Part shown: in pieces, positions 6,601 to 8,008 of the stretch | Layout of the letters: each line of letters starts with the position of its first letter | Position numbering within the stretch: position 1 is the first letter of the stretch | Origin: Octopus sinensis | Taxonomy: Eukaryota | Assembly: GCF_006345805.1 (NCBI RefSeq) | Contig: NW_021828595.1 | Coordinates: 1 to 8,008, forward strand | DNA: 8,008 nt | Reading direction: 5' to 3' | Position numbers and translations under genes: made by a program | The notes under the pieces: generated by a model | What the model saw: the letters and a program-made list of their open reading frames with translations, nothing else | Told to the model about the DNA's origin: nothing | The model's database searches: none

Positions 6601-6690
6601 CAGTACCGTTTCTACTTCGCGGATTTTCACCTATCGCGGGGGTTTGGGTGGTAGTGGAACGTAACACCCGCGATAATCGAGGGATTACTG
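6599..6690. mobile_element. 90-bp pogo/Tigger-like DNA transposon end or mini-MITE
   Basis: Minus strand begins CAGTAATCCCTCGATTATCGCGG, a Tigger/pogo-type terminus as I recall it; three TCGCGG motifs (6617-6622 +, 6634-6639 +, 6668-6673 -); internal 9-bp inverted repeat 6632-6640 / 6667-6675; TA|CAGTA at 6599-6605 mirrors TACTG at 6686-6690. Confidence 0.65.
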
Positions 6691-6699
6691 CATACAGTC

Positions 6700-6750
6700 A
6701 CACACTCACACGTATACACATATATCTATGTCTATGCTTGACAAAGCATT

Positions 6751-6793
<43 letters not shown>

Positions 6794-6897
6794 ATATATA
6801 TAATAGTGAGATAGTGAGAGGGAAAGGGAAAGAGAAGAGTGAAAGACAGGAAGTTGAAAGAGAGAGAGTGAGAGAGTGAGAGAGAGAGAGAGAGTGT
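6700..6897. repeat. CA/TA tract, (TA)n (6755-6802) and purine-rich (GA)n-like tract (~6822-6893)
   Basis: Direct reading. Confidence 0.88.
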
Positions 6898-7001
6898 GTT
6901 GTAGCTGTCCTTAAAACGGCTGTATTTGTTCCACTTATTCCGCTTGTAGGCTCACATGTCTATTCTTTCATGACTCCAGTCATAAACAATAAAATATGCC
7001 G

Positions 7002-7045
7002 AACAAGTTGCTCCGTTGGTCGGACAACTGGAACTGTCGTTCCTC
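7002..7045 (+). mobile_element. Short diverged fragment related to SINE family 3 tail
   Basis: caagttgctccgttggtcggacaactggaac (7004-7034) versus caagctgttccgttgatcggatgaactggagc (4513-4544): 26/32 identical with one gap. Confidence 0.5.
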
Positions 7046-7147
7046 GATTGAGACGCCATATCAATTCATGAAATGAACAGAACGGTGGTTCTCGAAAGAC
7101 AAACCTTAGCGGAAAAGGTATCCCCATAAGGTATATTGTTTTCAAAT

Positions 7148-7320
7148 TTTGGCACAGGACCAAAAATATAGTGGGAGAAGGCGAGTCGATTGCATCGACC
7201 CTAGAGCTAAATACATGCTTATATTATCGGTCGCGAAAAGATAAAATACAAAGTCGACGCCGGCAGAATTTGAACTCAGAACGTAGAGACGAATGAAACG
7301 TTTCTGCTACCTCGTTGCTT
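7148..7320 (-). mobile_element. tRNA-derived SINE, window family 2, diverged copy with 30-bp deletion between A and B boxes
   Basis: tttgaactcagaacgtagagacgaatgaaa|cgtttctgctacctcgttgctt (7269-7320) aligns with 1481-1563 apart from the deletion; B-box-like GAGTTCAAATTC on the minus strand at 7266-7277; GTCGA-N5-TCGAC hairpin at 7185-7199. Confidence 0.78.
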
Positions 7321-7711
7321 CCATTGGTATGATATATTACAATATATATTTAAACTCGTACTTTCCAGTATCCACCTCTACAAAACCGGTAAATCTAACA
7401 AATCATATTAAAAATATATTTGTCGATTTATGTTTCGGTTGCATTTGCATTTTATTTGGACCAAAATTATTAAATTCCCATTTTATTTCGTATAAGATAC
7501 TTCGTTTAACTACATCAACTCCAGCAATCATGGAAAGGCATTTCAAAACATGTCCAAATGAATCGATTCGCTATAAAATTTATGTTTATGTCAGCTAAAA
7601 TGTCAACAGCAGCTATCAATACGGTATGAAAATGACTTCCGGTCACAGACTGACCTCCATATTGTTTATGACACGAAACAAATGATCAATCATTAAAAAC
7701 AGGCAAACCAA

Positions 7712-7961
7712 TATGTGTATGTATGTGTGTAGATGTATATATATATCCATGTATTTATGCATATGTGCATATATATTCAAAAAGAGATTGCGACATGAAA
7801 GGAAACAAATACATACACACATATGTAAATGCGCGTATATATATATATATATATATATATATACGTGTATATGTATGTACATGTGTATGTGTGTGGCGTA
7901 TTAGCATACAGGAATATATATATACACACACATATATATGTATCTGTATACATACATACAT

Positions 7962-8008
<47 letters not shown>
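7712..8008. repeat. Mixed (TA)/(TG)/(CA) alternating purine-pyrimidine microsatellite region
   Basis: Direct reading; runs to the window end. Confidence 0.9.

Noticed and set aside
6960-7598. ORFs 6960-7163 and 7293-7598
   Set aside because: No homology or motif recognised; both overlap SINE fragments and AT-rich sequence.
7637-7646. ETS-type motif ACTTCCGG
   Set aside because: A single 8-mer with no promoter context is expected by chance.
1-8008. CRISPR array or other regularly spaced repeat-spacer system
   Set aside because: Repeated segments are SINE copies at irregular spacing and in both orientations; no constant repeat with unique spacers.

Overview
AT-rich eukaryotic non-coding DNA (intronic or intergenic) made mostly of microsatellites and decayed transposable elements. 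No host protein-coding exon, RNA gene, CRISPR array or prokaryotic system is supportable. The SINE families resemble octopus (cephalopod) repeats as I recall them; that host assignment is an inference, not a search result. Main contents: (i) a 969-bp single-frame reverse transcriptase relic of a non-LTR retrotransposon (R4/Dong-like, 505-1475, three in-frame stops, FMDD changed to FMDG) that directly abuts a (TTA)n array and is fused tail-to-tail with the head of an oppositely oriented tRNA-derived SINE; (ii) pieces of three SINE families, each copy damaged in or lacking its Pol III promoter region; (iii) three TA-flanked Tc1/mariner-superfamily relics missed by the ORF track (77-bp mariner mini-element, maT/DD37D-like transposase C-terminus with TIR, pogo/Tigger-like 90-bp end); (iv) several fold-back structures (21-bp perfect hairpin, TAA/TTA and CA/GT polarity switches). 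Apart from the two RT pieces (709-1113, 1180-1485), the ORF-track entries are microsatellite, antisense or chance ORFs. I see no new biological system; the best leads concern microsatellite-targeted retrotransposition, a LINE/SINE partnership and recurrent microhomology or fold-back rearrangements.
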